NCBI GenBank assembly: GCA_033442325.1
Contig: JAWQFM010000003.1
Location: 998,360-1,062,359 of the forward strand
Reading direction: 5' to 3'
Length of the DNA: 64,000 nucleotides
Source: Salpingoeca rosetta
Taxonomy: Eukaryota > Protista > Choanoflagellata
Part shown: positions 15,905 through 29,676 of the stretch, one piece after another
Layout of the letters: the number at the start of each line of letters is the position of its first letter
How positions within the stretch are numbered: position 1 is the first letter of the stretch
Made by a program: the position numbers and the translations under genes
The notes under the pieces: generated by a model
What the model was told of the DNA's origin: nothing
The model's database searches: none
Seen by the model: only the letters and a program-made list of their open reading frames with translations

Positions 15905-18900
15905 ACACACACACGTGCACAGGGAACGTTGATGAGTGGGCACAGCAGTGTCATGGTGCCACATATGTATGTTTGTACAAGAGTGTGTATGTATGTGCGT
16001 GTGTATGCGTGTGTGTGTATGTATATGTGTGTGTGCCAAGCAACGCATGCTTCTGCTGCACACCTCTTGCGTGACAAGTTCAACGACGCGAGTTGGAATG
16101 TCTTTATCCTGTCATAAACAAGGTTGAGGTGAATATAGGCACGATGGACATTGGAAAGCAAAGTTGGGGGTGAGCAGAACGAAGAAACACTCAAACGTAC
16201 ATGCGCAAGCACACACACACACACACACACACTCCCCATACCACATTGGTACACATGCAAACGCACTCACGCTCACTCACGTTACAGAAGAGGAAGGCAA
16301 AGTCTGTGTGGTCGGACGGGAGGCGATCAAGGACGTCAATCTCCACGCGTCCGCTCGCAATCTCGCGCGAAACAGTCTGGATGCGCGAATTGTTTGCTTG
16401 CTGCCTGTGAACCTCTGTGAGCCTGACAGGCGAAATGTCGAGCGTTTGCGCAACATTGAAGATGCCGCACGCCCCAATCTGCATGGTGTGTATGTGTGCG
16501 TGTGTATGTGTGTGAGTGTATGTGAGCCTGTGCGTGTGTGGAGTTGAGAAGGAAGAGAAGGGGGAGCATTACGTGCAAGCAATGGAGGTATGGGTATGGG
16601 CAAGTGGGCGTTGCAAGTGGGTGTTGCATATGCTGGCGGATACCGGCGGGAGCTGGTCTGGATCACCGATGAAGTAGATGGCCGTTCGCGGGGACAGGCA
16701 CCTTTCGCATTCACATTGACACACAATGAAACCAGCACGTCTCAGTGAGGAGGGTGGGGGTTAGGCACGATGACAGCTACGGCAGCAGCAGTGAACCAAG
16801 CGCAGACACCAGCCACGTCCACAGTGAACCGCACACGCCATAACACAGTGCACGCCATCCTCACAGCACAGCGCAACCACTGACTTGAGGAGCGGGTATG
16901 CCATTTCCACGCTGAGCATCGACGCTTCATCAACAATGAGGGCGTCGACGTCATCCACTTTCGGTTTCAGTGATGCCGGTGGCTCAACGTCCCAGTACAT
17001 GCCTGCAAGTGCACATGCACGTGTCGCATGTGTTGTGTGTGAGTGTGGATGGGCATGTGTGCTCTCATGTCAATTGTAATTACATACGCATGTGTGTTTG
17101 TGTGTCCATGTGCGCGCCGACGCATGCCTTGTTGTGCTCTGCTTGTGTGTGCGAGTGAGCAATGCGGTCGCCCAAGAGCTTTGTCAGTGCAACAGGGACA
17201 CACCGAGGCGGGCAAAGGAGTGGATAGTGGTTGCCTTCTCTGAGCTGCGCATGAGGGCGGAGGTGATGCGAGTGGCAGCACGACCCGTCGGTGCAACAAG
17301 GCGCACCGTCTTGTTCGCCGCCCTGGACGTGTGTGTGAAGGGTTAAGGGTCAGCGGTGTGGATGTTTGACTTACGCAGCAACCAGACGACACGCAAACGC
17401 AAACACACACACACACACACAGAAGCGCTGGGCGTATGGACTCACTCGAGGGCGCTGACGAGGCCGGCGATGAGCGTGGTCTTGCCTGTGCCGGGGAAAC
17501 CGGTAAGAATGCCAACATTGCAGCGGAGAAGAGATTTGACGGCGTTCTGCTGCGATGGCGACAGCAGATAGATGGCAGGGTGCCCCTCTAGCCGCAGCTG
17601 TGGACGGAAAAGGGGTGTGTGTGTGTGTGTGTGTGTTGGTGTGTTGGTGTGTGTGTGTGTTGGTGAGTGAGGTTGCAACAATGGGTGAGAGAGGTGGTGG
17701 ATGACGGGCTTGAATGGCACCGGAAACGTAAGTCATCATTGCGCTCAGAACACAGCAAGCGAACACACGCGTGTGCACAGCAGAGACATGAGTGCACATG
17801 CGAGACAAATGCAGAACCACATACGTCATTGACATCCCACGGCGGTGAGAGGCTTGCACGCTTCTTCAAGTCGGAGGAGACAAAGGTGAGCATCTTGTTG
17901 AGTCGCGTGCGCTGAACGGTTGACGGCTGTGGAGCATCGAGAAGCAACATATCGTCACCACGATTGCCGATGCTGCTGCTGTCACTGATGTCCTGGTCAT
18001 CCATGTCGTCGTGGAAGTGCTCGTCGAGACCAAACGCATCGAGATCATCGTCAGCAGCAAACGGGTCGTCACCGATAGCATCATCCGCAGCAGCACCCAC
18101 GTGAGCGCCGCTTGCGTTGTGCTCATGCGCCCCCGCTTCGGCACTGCCGTAGTTGCCATCTGTCGTTGTGTCAGCAGCACTGACGTGGAAGTTGGTGTCA
18201 GTGGCGCCATTTGCACCCGTGTGGCCACGACCGCTGTCGCTGCTGGTGTGCGAGACGATGAGCTCGGCGCTGTTGTTGATGATGCGGTGGATTGCCTCTT
18301 TCGTCACGCCCTCCTGGCCATCAAGACGCCTGCAGTGGAAACAGGGAGCGTACGGTGTGCAGTGAGTGCGGTGTGAGATGCGCCGACGCAATGACATACG
18401 AAAGACATGAAGGGGAGGGGGGAACAACCATGCCGCATTCATCACCGGCCTTGCACACACACACGCACACCACACACACACACACACACCACACACACAC
18501 ACACACACAATCACCTGCACACACACGCAATCACCTGCGCACACGTACAATCACGCATGGCTCACTTCATGACGTAGGAGGTGAGCTGGCTGAGCGTGAG
18601 GGAGGATTTGCCTGCAAGCTCGTCGTGGCGCAGGGCACTGAGGCAATGCCCCTCCATGATGTCATCAAGCGAAGGGGGCGTGTCGCGGTTCATCGTCGCC
18701 AGCCGCTGCACAGCCACCATGGGCAGATAGTTGTCCAGCGCAAGCACGCTGGTGGTGGTGGTGGTGTATGTGTGTGTGGTGGTGGTGTATGTGATTGTGT
18801 GTGTGGGGGGGGGGGATGGCGTTTGGAGAGCGTTAGGAAACCGAAAACGCTTGGCGCGCATATTTAAACGTACACACAGACACACAGACAGGTAGATCGA

Positions 18901-18936
18901 CTGGCAAACAGACAGACAGACAGACACAGACAGACA

Positions 18937-18999
<63 letters not shown>

Positions 19000-19441
19000 G
19001 AGGCGGTACCAGTATGGGTTTCGCAGGAGGACGGCCTTTGCATCTTTCCCAAACTTTTCGTACAGCTCTTGCGAGCAGAGCAAGATGTAGTACTCCTCGA
19101 CACCAAGACCCGCACACGCCAGCAGCATCAGCCGCTGTGTGTAGCGACCATCGTGTGGTGTGGTGTGATGATGGATTGTGATGGATTGTGATGTGAGTTG
19201 ATGTAACGATGTGTTGTGGTGGACGTGGCACAGGGCGAGATGTAGCGTGACAAGCTCAAACGAACGCACAAAACTATGCAGCCACACACGCATAGTGATG
19301 GTCAGACAGACAAACGAACCACAAGGGAGCGAAGCGTTTTGACGCGCATCCATTTCTCCTCAATGCCCAGCTGCACACACCGCGATAGGGTGAGTGAGTG
19401 AGTGAGTGAGTGAGTGAGTGAGTGAGTGAGTGAGTGAGTGA

Positions 19442-19521
<80 letters not shown>

Positions 19522-20201
19522 TTCAAAGGGTGCTGTGGGCGATGTAGGAACGCGAAATGCGCCCATCAACCCACGAGATAGTGGCGTCATGTGCAGGGTT
19601 GCACGCACCTCCCTGACGTATGGAATGGACTGCAGACCACCGCTCTCAATGAGCTCAAACACAGACACATTCGCCTTCTGTGCTGCCTCCACAATACGCA
19701 GTGCACGACGATGCTTCACCCCCTGATGGCAGTGGTGGTGAATGGTGGTGAATGGTGGTGAATGGTGGTGAATGGTGGTGGTTGAGCGCGAAGAAGAATG
19801 GTGCTGTCAAGCAAAGCACCGGGACGCTCTCACAGGCACGCAGACGCAGACACACACACGCACACAACAAGCAAAGGGACCTTGAAGTGGAGGAGGAACT
19901 TGTACGGGTCTCCGATGGACCGATCAAGTTCTTCGAGTAGAAGATGATTCTGATCGCGCGCAGCGTCCTTCCATTCCTTTGTGCTGAACTCCCCGCCAAA
20001 CTTGTCGCCGACGTGCACGCACCACTTTGTGCCGTCCTCGCTGATCTGCCACGACCCGCGCACGCGGATGGCCTCCGACAGGTAGATGGGCGGCGACACG
20101 GCGTGGCAGTCAACCTTCTGCTCCGTGGGCACGCGGGGGGGGGGAAGCAAGGGCGCACGTGCGTATGTGTATGAGGGAGGGAGAGAGAGTGTGAATGAGA
20201 A

Positions 20202-20241
<40 letters not shown>

Positions 20242-21250
20242 TGTGTGTGAGTGAGTGAGTGAGGGAGGAGGGAGGGAGTGAGTGAGTGTGTGTGTGTGTG
20301 TCTGTGTGTGTGCGTGTGTGTGTGTGTGTGTGGGATGTGGGGCGTACACCGATATATACAGGCATCACAGGCAATGCACATGTGCCATCGTGCATGGCGT
20401 GCACAAGATCGCAACACAAATACAGCACACGCGCACATAAGCAAGCACGTCGTACCCCGTGCTCCGTGTCCAGTTCCAGTACGGTGGCGCCAAGAGCGCG
20501 CTTGGGTCGGATCACATTGCACACGCGTGCAACAAGGTCCACAGGCTCGCCGGGACGCCGCGCGACTGTCTCCTTGACCGGCGTGAGCTTGTCTGGCGGC
20601 TTTGGGGCAGCCAGAGGCGGCGGTGGCGCTTGAGGGCCCGACGATGGAACGGCGACATCTGCAGCCGCACCTGCCGCTGACACGGGCACCGCACTGCCTT
20701 GGTCGGTCTGCTTGATGCGCAGAGTAAGGTTTGCGTATGGGGCCTCAAATTGGTTGGGCTGTGCATTGAACCAGCGCACTTGCCGCTGATGGCAGTCGGT
20801 GTGGCGCTGCTGGTGTCTGTGGTGCGGTTGGTGGTGGTGGTGGTGGTATTGTTGGTGATGATGCGGGTGCAAGTGCTGTTGACGGTGGTGGTGACGAGGC
20901 AGGGCCGTCAGTGGCTGTGACAGGCGATGGTGACTGTGAAAGTGCCGTGTGTTTCGGTGATGGAGCTGGTGCAACGGTGAGTGTCGTAGACGGGCGCTGT
21001 GGCCAGGACACGCCTTGCTTCCTTGCCAAGGGTTGCCAATACCAGCTGACGTAGCGCTGGGTGCTTGAATGTGTCTGCGCAAGTGCGCAGGACCAGTGCA
21101 GGTGGTGCTGGTGCTGCTGGTTGCAAGCGCGGATGCACGGCAGTGTGCGTGGCTTCCAGCTGTGGTTCTGGCCAAGCTGCGGACAGTGCCGACCACAGGG
21201 AGGCGAAAGGCGAGCAGCTGTCCAGCTGCGGCCTGCTTCAACGCGGCCAT
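14272..21250 (-). CDS. recD2: RecD2 (YrrC-like) SF1B 5'-3' DNA helicase with N-terminal extension, about 18 exons
   Basis: Motifs in order: [19 protein letters not shown] (HhH region), [101 protein letters not shown]. Confidence 0.9.
14469..14743. repeat. (GT)n/(GAGT)n compound microsatellite in the last RecD2 intron
   Basis: Directly visible. Confidence 0.95.
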
Positions 21251-21766
21251 GGAATCGGAAGCTTCCACGTTGTTGTGTGTGCCACACGACGACAACAACA
21301 GCAGCAGCGTGGAATGAAAACACAGCACACAAGCAAGCAAGAAGCCAACGAGAGAGAACAGAGGGCAAGGCGGCGACAAGGAAAAAAAAAAAAGTGGGCA
21401 CGAGCAAGAAGGCGAGTGATGAACAAGAAGGAAGCGAGTGCAGCTGTGTGTACTCAGTCGCCCTGTTGATGCTCGGCTGGCTGCCTACTGTGTACAGATG
21501 GGAGGCGAGGCAACAGGACGTGGGGCACAGACACCCAAGCAATGCGTGGTGGAACAAAGCACACAACAGCGGCGTGTTTGTTGGCTGTGTGAAGCTGCAG
21601 TTTATGCTGTCGTGACGACCACGCCATATCCACGACGCTGCCACGTCCTTCACACACACCGCTAATTCACAACACTGTTGCTTGCTTGGCCGCGCACACT
21701 CATTCACCCACAACAACAGCCAGCCAGGTGACAGATACGACGACATCACATCAGCGAGTCGCAGCT

Positions 21767-21839
21767 ATGCTGGATTTGTTTACCATCTTCACTCAGGGAG
21801 GCCTGGTGCTCTGGTGCTTCCAGGTACCATCTCAAGCGC

Positions 21840-21918
<79 letters not shown>

Positions 21919-22313
21919 CGTGCGTGTGTGCGTGCGTGTGTGCGTGTGTGCGTGTGTGCGTGCGTGCGTGTGTGCGTGTGTGCGTGTGTGTGTGTCTGCA
22001 GCAAACTGTGTTTGAAGGTGTGGCGGTGTAAGTTTCTTGCTGGCTAGCTCGGCTGTTTGATTCAGCTTCAACGGCGTGCATGCACATGCGTTGTCACCCT
22101 TTAACTCCCACGCACACACACACACACGACTCCCAAGGGTCCGGGATTCTTGAGTGGCGACCCAATCAACGGGTTCATTCAGGACGTGCTGGTGGAGGGC
22201 CGCGGTGCCACTGCTGATTCCTACACCGTGCAGAACTACAACATCAAGTACCGCATCGACGCCAACAACAACTTGGTCTTTGCGGTGGGTCTCATATGCG
22301 CGCGCGTGTGTGC

Positions 22314-22375
<62 letters not shown>

Positions 22376-23768
22376 GCGCGTGTGTGTGTGTGCGTGATCA
22401 CTTGTTTGTGTTGTTGTATTTCGGGCTGTGAGGCTGTCCACTTGATGTGCGGTTGTGTGTGCATGTGTGCACTCGCCCTGCGTGACTACACCTGTGTTGC
22501 CTGTTCATCGCTTCTGCCTGCTTTTTTGTTTGCCACTCCAATGTGACGTGGCATTGTCTCGCGTGCTGTGCTTCATTCATGCCATAGGCGGTTTACAACA
22601 AGTCCGTCGAGAGTGAGAGCGGGTACATCGACAACCTACTGAACGTCGTCAAGAAGGACTTTGTCACACGATTTCAAGGTGGGATACCGCTGTCTCGTGA
22701 TGTTCGTGTGCATGCACCGCCAGCTGCCAGTCGGCAGCAGCATCCTGGCTACAACCCCCTTTGTACACACACCAGCATTTCCTTCACATCTGCGCCTTCC
22801 CACTCACCCATGCATCCACTATGTTTGCCCTCACACACACACACACACACACACACTCTCTCTCTCTCTCTCACTCACACACACACACACACACACTCTC
22901 TCTCCTTCTTGGTGATTGTTGCACCAATTCCCCCTGACCCCCGCGCTGTGCAGACGAGTTGCAGCAGGGCACCATTACGGGGCTTGATTACACCAACGTG
23001 TTCCAAAAGGCATTGGGAAAGGCGCAGCAAGACTACGCCGAGGAGGTAAGCACAGACCAACGAGGCGGCGGTCAACGGGGCCGGTAACAATAAGCACCGT
23101 TGCTGACACCTCCCTTGCTTGGTTGCAGTCCGTAGTCTCGTCCTCACCCTTGTGTATTGTCATCCTTCACACGTGCACACGCACATCCACGAACACACCC
23201 ATCCACTCATACATGTTCACCAACACGCGCTGCCATTGCCAGACGTCGCGCGGGATGCGCACGTTTGAGGAGACAGAGCGCTTTGCACACACAGCCAAGG
23301 GCTCCAACCTCACACGCAAAGGTGTGCACTGCCGCACTCTGGCGTTACACGATACGTCACATGTGTGCTGTGGATATGGTTTGATCACTGCTCACGCGGA
23401 CACATGTGTGTGTGCGTATGTGTGTGTGTGTTTGTGTGCGTATGTGTGCGTGCGTGTGCGTGCACAGCACGTGAGCAGCTGCGAAAGGAGCGGCAGCAGG
23501 CGCGTGGCGGGAGTCACGGAGAGGACGAGCTGTCGAGTGGCGAGGGCGACGATGATGACGGCAGCAGCGGTGGGGACGAGGACACGACGACAGGCGGTGA
23601 CGCAACCAAGACCGGCAGTGGCAATGGTCCCGCCGTTTCTGCAGAGGAACAGCGCAGACGCCGCGCACTCGCACTCAAGGTGCCCGCTCGTGTGCGTGTG
23701 CGTGCGTGTATTTGTGTGTGTTTGTGTGAGTGTGTGTGTGTGTGCGTGTGTGTTTGCGTGTGTGTGTG

Positions 23769-23803
<35 letters not shown>

Positions 23804-25721
23804 GTGTTCGCGTGTGTGTTTGTGCACCATCGTTTCGTGGTTTTGGTGGCTACATGGCTGCATCCCGTTTGTGTGATGTTCATGTCGCTAACGCCCCCCT
23901 CCCTCCGTATGCATGCCTTCTCCTTGTCAGAACAAAGGCGTGCGGGGCCGTCGCTCCGGCGGTGGAAAGAAGCCGCGATCAGCGGCGCAGCAGCCATCAT
24001 CATCATCGTCGTCGTCACCAGCCAACCCGCCGCCCCGCAGCCGCGTCAGCACACGCGTCGAGCCAACAAAGGTGAGGGGTGTGGTGTGCGTGCGTGAGCG
24101 ACTGCGTGTTGCAAGGTTCTGTGCACGTGAGTTGTGCGTTGACGAGGTTGCACCCGCGCGAATATTAGCGACACCACATTCACCCCATCCTCCCTCAACG
24201 AACGTCCATCCAATCCATGTGCGCTCCCTGCCTCTCCTCCCCCCTGCCGTACGTTCCTCGCCTCCTGTTCTCCATCATCACCAGCACACGCAGCTGAGCT
24301 ACTGCGACCCCGACGATCGGCCCGAGGCAGCAGACGCCATCAGCGCCGACGACATCGCCGAGGCCGTCAGTTCCCTGCACTTGCTGCTCCAATCTCGCTC
24401 GCATGGTTGTGCGTGGCTGCGTGTGGACGCGTGTTGAGTCCTCTGCGAACCCGCTTGTGCTTCCAATACGTGACCACCACCACCAAAATCGTCACTAGTC
24501 ACCACGATTAATCACCACCACAACCACCTCCTCCCCCCCCCCACAACCACCTCCTCCTCCGCCTCTGGTGTTGCGGGTGCAGAAGCGGCAGGCTGCGCGG
24601 ATGGCGGAGGGCGTGCAGGACGTCGACTTTGGCTTTGACGCCGACGAGGAGCTGCTTGGGCAGGAGGACGGCGATGACGACGGCAACGCAGCCAACGCCT
24701 CCGCCTCAACAACAACAGGCAGCCTCTTTACCCTCTTCAGGAAGTGAGCGCGCTGGTTGCTGGGGTCTGCGTGTGTCATGCGTGTGTGTCAACGTTGGTT
24801 CTGTTCGTTCAGGTTCTCACCACTCTTTGTGTATGTGTGTGTGTGTGCGTGCGTGTGTGTGCAGGATCACGGGCACGTCGGAGATGACGAAGGAAAACGT
24901 CCAGCCCATCCTCGATCAGGTTCGACGCGCGCGCGCGCGCGTGTGTGTGTGTGTGTTTGTACGCCGCTGCAAGCTTTGCACTCGTCTTACTACTATTCTT
25001 GCTCAACCACACATCTCTCGTATCATTAGTTCACATGCCATGTCAATGTTGTCACCATTATCGACAACAGATGCAGCAGCACCTGATGGCGAAGAACGTG
25101 GCAGCAGACGTTGCTGCAAAGGTGTGAACCACACACGCACATGTGCACACACATGCACGCACACATGTACACATTCACACACACGTGCTCGTACAGAGCA
25201 CACTATTCGTACATTTGGGTATGTGTGGCTTGTTCTGTTTTTTGCCAGTTGCTCGCTCCTGCGCAGCATTTGTTGCTCCTCATTCCATGCACTCACGCGC
25301 CCACCGTTTCCATGGTTCCTCGCGCTTTTCCAAACACAACATTGCCGCAACCATAATGCGTGTGTGTGTGTGTGTGTGTGTGCTGCAGCTGTGCGCGTCT
25401 GTGGGGGAGAAGCTTGTGGGGCGCACCAAGGGCACCTTCACCACCATCAAGTCTGTTGTGAAGCAGGCCCTTGAGGAGTCGCTCACGCAGATTCTGTCGC
25501 CCAAGCGCCAGATTGACATCTTGCGGGACGTGCGTGCGGCGCAGCAGGAGGGGCGGCCCTTCAGCATGGTCTTCTGCGGCGTCAACGGTCAGATCCCACA
25601 GCGCCACCGTCATCATCATTACGGCTTCATGGTGGTGGAGGCGGCTATGGCGGTGGTGGCGGTGGTAGTGGTGTGAAGTGAGCCTGAAGTCTTCATATTT
25701 CGTCTTACAAACGCCTGCATG

Positions 25722-25819
<98 letters not shown>

Positions 25820-27675
25820 GCGACTCACGCCCGGATGCTCGTTACATTACGCAGGCGTTGGCAAGTCGACAAACTTGTCGAAGATTGCGTTTTGGCTGCT
25901 GAGCAACAACATGCGGGTGATGATTGCGGCGTGCGACACATTCCGCTCCGGCGCCGTCGAGCAGGTCAGAAGCACACATACACACGTGTGCGTAGCGTGG
26001 CCGCCCTCTCATGTTGTGTGTGTGTGTGTGCGTGTGTGCGTGTGTGTGTTGTCGTGAATGTTTGCCTCCTCCTCCTTGGCTGGCAGTAGAGGCTGCCAGA
26101 CCACAATGCACGACTGCGCTCGTTTCCCCCTCCCTCACTCTGTTCTCACCACCACACCCTCCTCACTCCGCCCCCCCCCCTCCTTGCCTCCATTCCATCA
26201 GCTGCGCACGCACTGCCGCAAGCTCCGGACGATGCTGGACGACACGGACGATGCCCACCCGCGCGTGGTTGTGTACGACCGCGGGTACGGCAGGAACGAC
26301 GCCGAGGTCGCGGCAGACGCCATCCGCATCGGTCAGCACGCATGCTTTCTTTGCCCGTTGCGTTGTGTTGTGTTGTGTTGTGTTGTGTTGTGTTGTGTTG
26401 TGTTGTGTTGTGTTGTGTTGTGTTGTGTTGTGTTGTGTTGTGTTGTGTTGTGTTGTGTTGTGTTGTGTTGTGTTGTGTTGTGTTGTGTTGTGTTGTGTTG
26501 TGTTGTGTTGTGTTGTGTTTGCGCGCCGGTGCTTGCAAATTGCGATGCTGTGTGTTGTGACGTCATTCCAGCACCTCATATTGAATGACACCGTTCTCTC
26601 TCAAACCCCGTCCCATCCATCCATCCATCCATCCATCCCTCCATCCATCCATCCATCCATCCATCCATCCATCCATCCATCCATCCATCCATCCATCCAT
26701 CCATCCATCCATCCATCCATCCATCCATCCATCCCCTCTTGTCTCACAGCCAAATCGGAGAAGTATGATGTGGTGCTGATTGACACCGCCGGCCGCATGC
26801 AGGACAACGCCCCGCTCATGCGCTCCCTCACACAGGTGCAGAGAGTGTGTATGCCTGTGTGTATGTGCATGCGTACGTGTGTGTGTGTATGTATGTATGT
26901 ATGTAATGTATGTATGTATGTATGTATGTATGTATGTATGTATGTATGTATGTATGTATGTATGTATGTATGTATGTATGTATGTATGTATGTATGTATG
27001 TGTCATCGTTTCTGTTTCAAGTTTATTGCTGAACGTATTGCCTTCTTGTTTGTTGGAGCTCCCATCCCCTCACACCACGCACACACACACACATTACACG
27101 CGCACACGCACATACACATCCATACACACACATTGTACATTTGCTTCCTCTGGTCAATCAGCTGATTCGAACGAACAAGCCGGATCTCGTCCTCTTCGTC
27201 GGTGAGGCGCTCGTCGGTAATGAGGCCGTCGATCAGCTGACAAAGTTCAACCGGGTGCGTCACCTGCACATCCCCTCACCTGCTCACGACACAATCATGC
27301 TTGAACACGACCTTTCACAATCACAGTCACCTCATACCTTCACACTCACCCCGCCCCTCCTCACCTCTCATGACACGTCCCCCAGGCGCTGCAAGACTAC
27401 TCTGAGGAGCGCAATCCGCGCGTGATTGACGGCATTCTTCTCACAAAGTTCGACACTGTTGACGACAAGGTGGGGACTCGCATCTGCTCAGTGGTGGTGG
27501 TGGTGGTGGTGGTGGTGGTGGTGGTGGTGGTGGTGGTGGTGGTGGTGGTGGTGGTGGTGGTGCCATCGCGCTTGCCGTTGGGATAACGACACGCAACCTT
27601 TACACAGCACGCTCACCACGTGTTCACACACACACACATACACACATACACATACACACACACACACGCACACAC

Positions 27676-27732
<57 letters not shown>

Positions 27733-27882
27733 AATGGCTGGCAGGTTGGGTCGTCCATCTCCATGACATACATCACGGGCCAGCCCATCGTGTTTGTGGG
27801 AACGGGACAGCACTACTTTGACCTCCGCAAACTCAACGTCAAGTCTGTCGTGTCGGCGCTCCTCAAGCCAGTGCAGAAGTGA
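21767..27882 (+). CDS. SRPRA: Signal recognition particle receptor alpha subunit
   Basis: [16 protein letters not shown] (SRX domain), [89 protein letters not shown]; TGA at 27880-27882. Confidence 0.96.
26362..26518. repeat. (TGTTG)n pentanucleotide repeat, SRPRA intron
   Basis: About 31 perfect copies. Confidence 0.95.
26613..26734. repeat. (CATC)n tetranucleotide repeat, SRPRA intron
   Basis: Directly visible. Confidence 0.95.
26887..27000. repeat. (TATG)n tetranucleotide repeat, SRPRA intron
   Basis: Directly visible. Confidence 0.95.
27491..27561. repeat. (TGG)n trinucleotide repeat, SRPRA intron
   Basis: Directly visible. Confidence 0.95.
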
Positions 27883-28698
27883 AATGTGGAGGAAAGGAGT
27901 AGCAGGCGGAGCGCCTTGCAACGAGACGCTCACCGTTGCCTGCATGAAATGCGTGCGTGTGCAGCATGCATGCAAGCATAAGCATGCAAGAACCCTCCCC
28001 ATCTCCTCTTGTTGTTTGTGTTTGAGGGTTTGTGATACGGCGTGAAAGAACCATAAACCAGAGCAGCTGTACTGGTGCAAACGGTTAGAGACGAGGAAAG
28101 CAACGACGCAACACAAGAAAGGAAGGAGAGGCCAGGCGAGAGAAGCATAACAGCTGTTGCGTGTACATCAAGGATGGCCGTCGAAGTAAGAGAAAGACGC
28201 CTTGCATGAGGGTGCTTGTGTCTGTATGTGTATGTTCGTGTGTGGAGTCCAAAGCGCTGGCATGTGCGTGCGAGATGGGATGATGCAAAACACCACGTGT
28301 CTCCTCCCATAGCGCCTGCTTGCGTGGAGAGGCGCACACACATCGGCAGACGCATCAACACATAATGGACAAGAAACACATGCGCACGGCAAAGGGTAAA
28401 GAAAAGGGGGAGGGGGTGGAAGCATGGCAGCGGAGGGGGTAAGTGGGCCTAAGAACGAAGGAAACGAAGACAACGAAAAGATATGCAAGTGGGGTTGAAT
28501 GGGCCGCAGGAGTGGCACAAGAAGAAGGACGAGAGAAAGTGGCGTGGTGATGCTGTAGAGGAGGGGGTGCACGGAGCGTGTGCCGAGCCACGCAAAGGAT
28601 ATGCATGCATGGTGCGAGGGGGCCGAAACGAAGACACATTGGGAGGTGGTGGTCGTGTTTGCACAAGCGGCCGGTGTGTGGGGAAGGGGCGCTGGGGA

Positions 28699-28813
28699 TT
28701 ACGATGCCTTGGCGTGTTGCATGATCCATTTCAATGTGATGTCTGGAACATGAAAACACAAAAAGAAGAGGCGGGAATGTCGGTAGCGGTTGTGAGTACG
28801 CGCGCAAACAAGG

Positions 28814-28847
<34 letters not shown>

Positions 28848-28900
28848 CGGCGAGGGCACGAAGAAGAGCCGAGAAATAACAACAACAACAACAACAACAA

Positions 28901-28932
<32 letters not shown>

Positions 28933-29621
28933 GCAACAGGCGGCTGTTGCCACTGCAGAAGACCCAAGCTGCTGAAGTGCACGCACCGAGGTTGACTTTG
29001 CTCTTGCAGGAGATGCTGTAACAGCACACCTCCCGGTCTTGGATGTCCTTCAGGCCACTGCTCGGTTAACGGGATGAGGGGACACGGTGAGGAGGGAGAA
29101 GGAAGAAGAGAGCGAGAGAGAGAATGCAAGGGAATACGAGGTGAGCGCACAGCACACAAGTACACAGAAAGGTATGTACACGCACAAGAAAACGAACAGA
29201 CAGGCAAACACACTCACGCACGCACAAACACACACATATACCCACGCACACAAACACACGCATACCCACGCACAAACACACAAACACACACACATATACA
29301 CACACGTACAGGGCCTGGATGAGCTCATCGGCTTGGAGCGCCTTTGGCAGGTCGTTCTTGTTGCCGAGCACAAGAACAGGGATGCCGGCAAGGTGCGGCT
29401 TCTCGAGCAGGCTCTTCAGCTCCTGCTTGGATGCCTCAAGCTTCTCTGTGTCGGCGGAGTCAACCATGTACCTGTCAACATTGGCAGCAATCGAGAAGAA
29501 GAAGAAGCAGCCACGTGAGTCGAGAGGGCCATCATGAATGAGGTCCAAAGGGCAGCACAGAGCACACAAGTGGGGTAGCAAGACGTCCTCAAGTGATAAA
29601 TACAAGCACACACACACATGG

Positions 29622-29676
<55 letters not shown>

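Noticed and set aside
14272-21250. Helitron/Pif1 transposon or bacterial contamination as the source of the helicase
   Set aside because: No HUH Rep motifs or Helitron termini were seen, the motifs are RecD2-type, and the gene has many host-style spliceosomal introns.
26011-27165. 384-aa ORF with CCVVL, HPSI and MYVC repeats
   Set aside because: It reads through (TGTTG)n, (CATC)n and (TATG)n introns of SRPRA; only the DTAGRMQ exon is coding in that frame.
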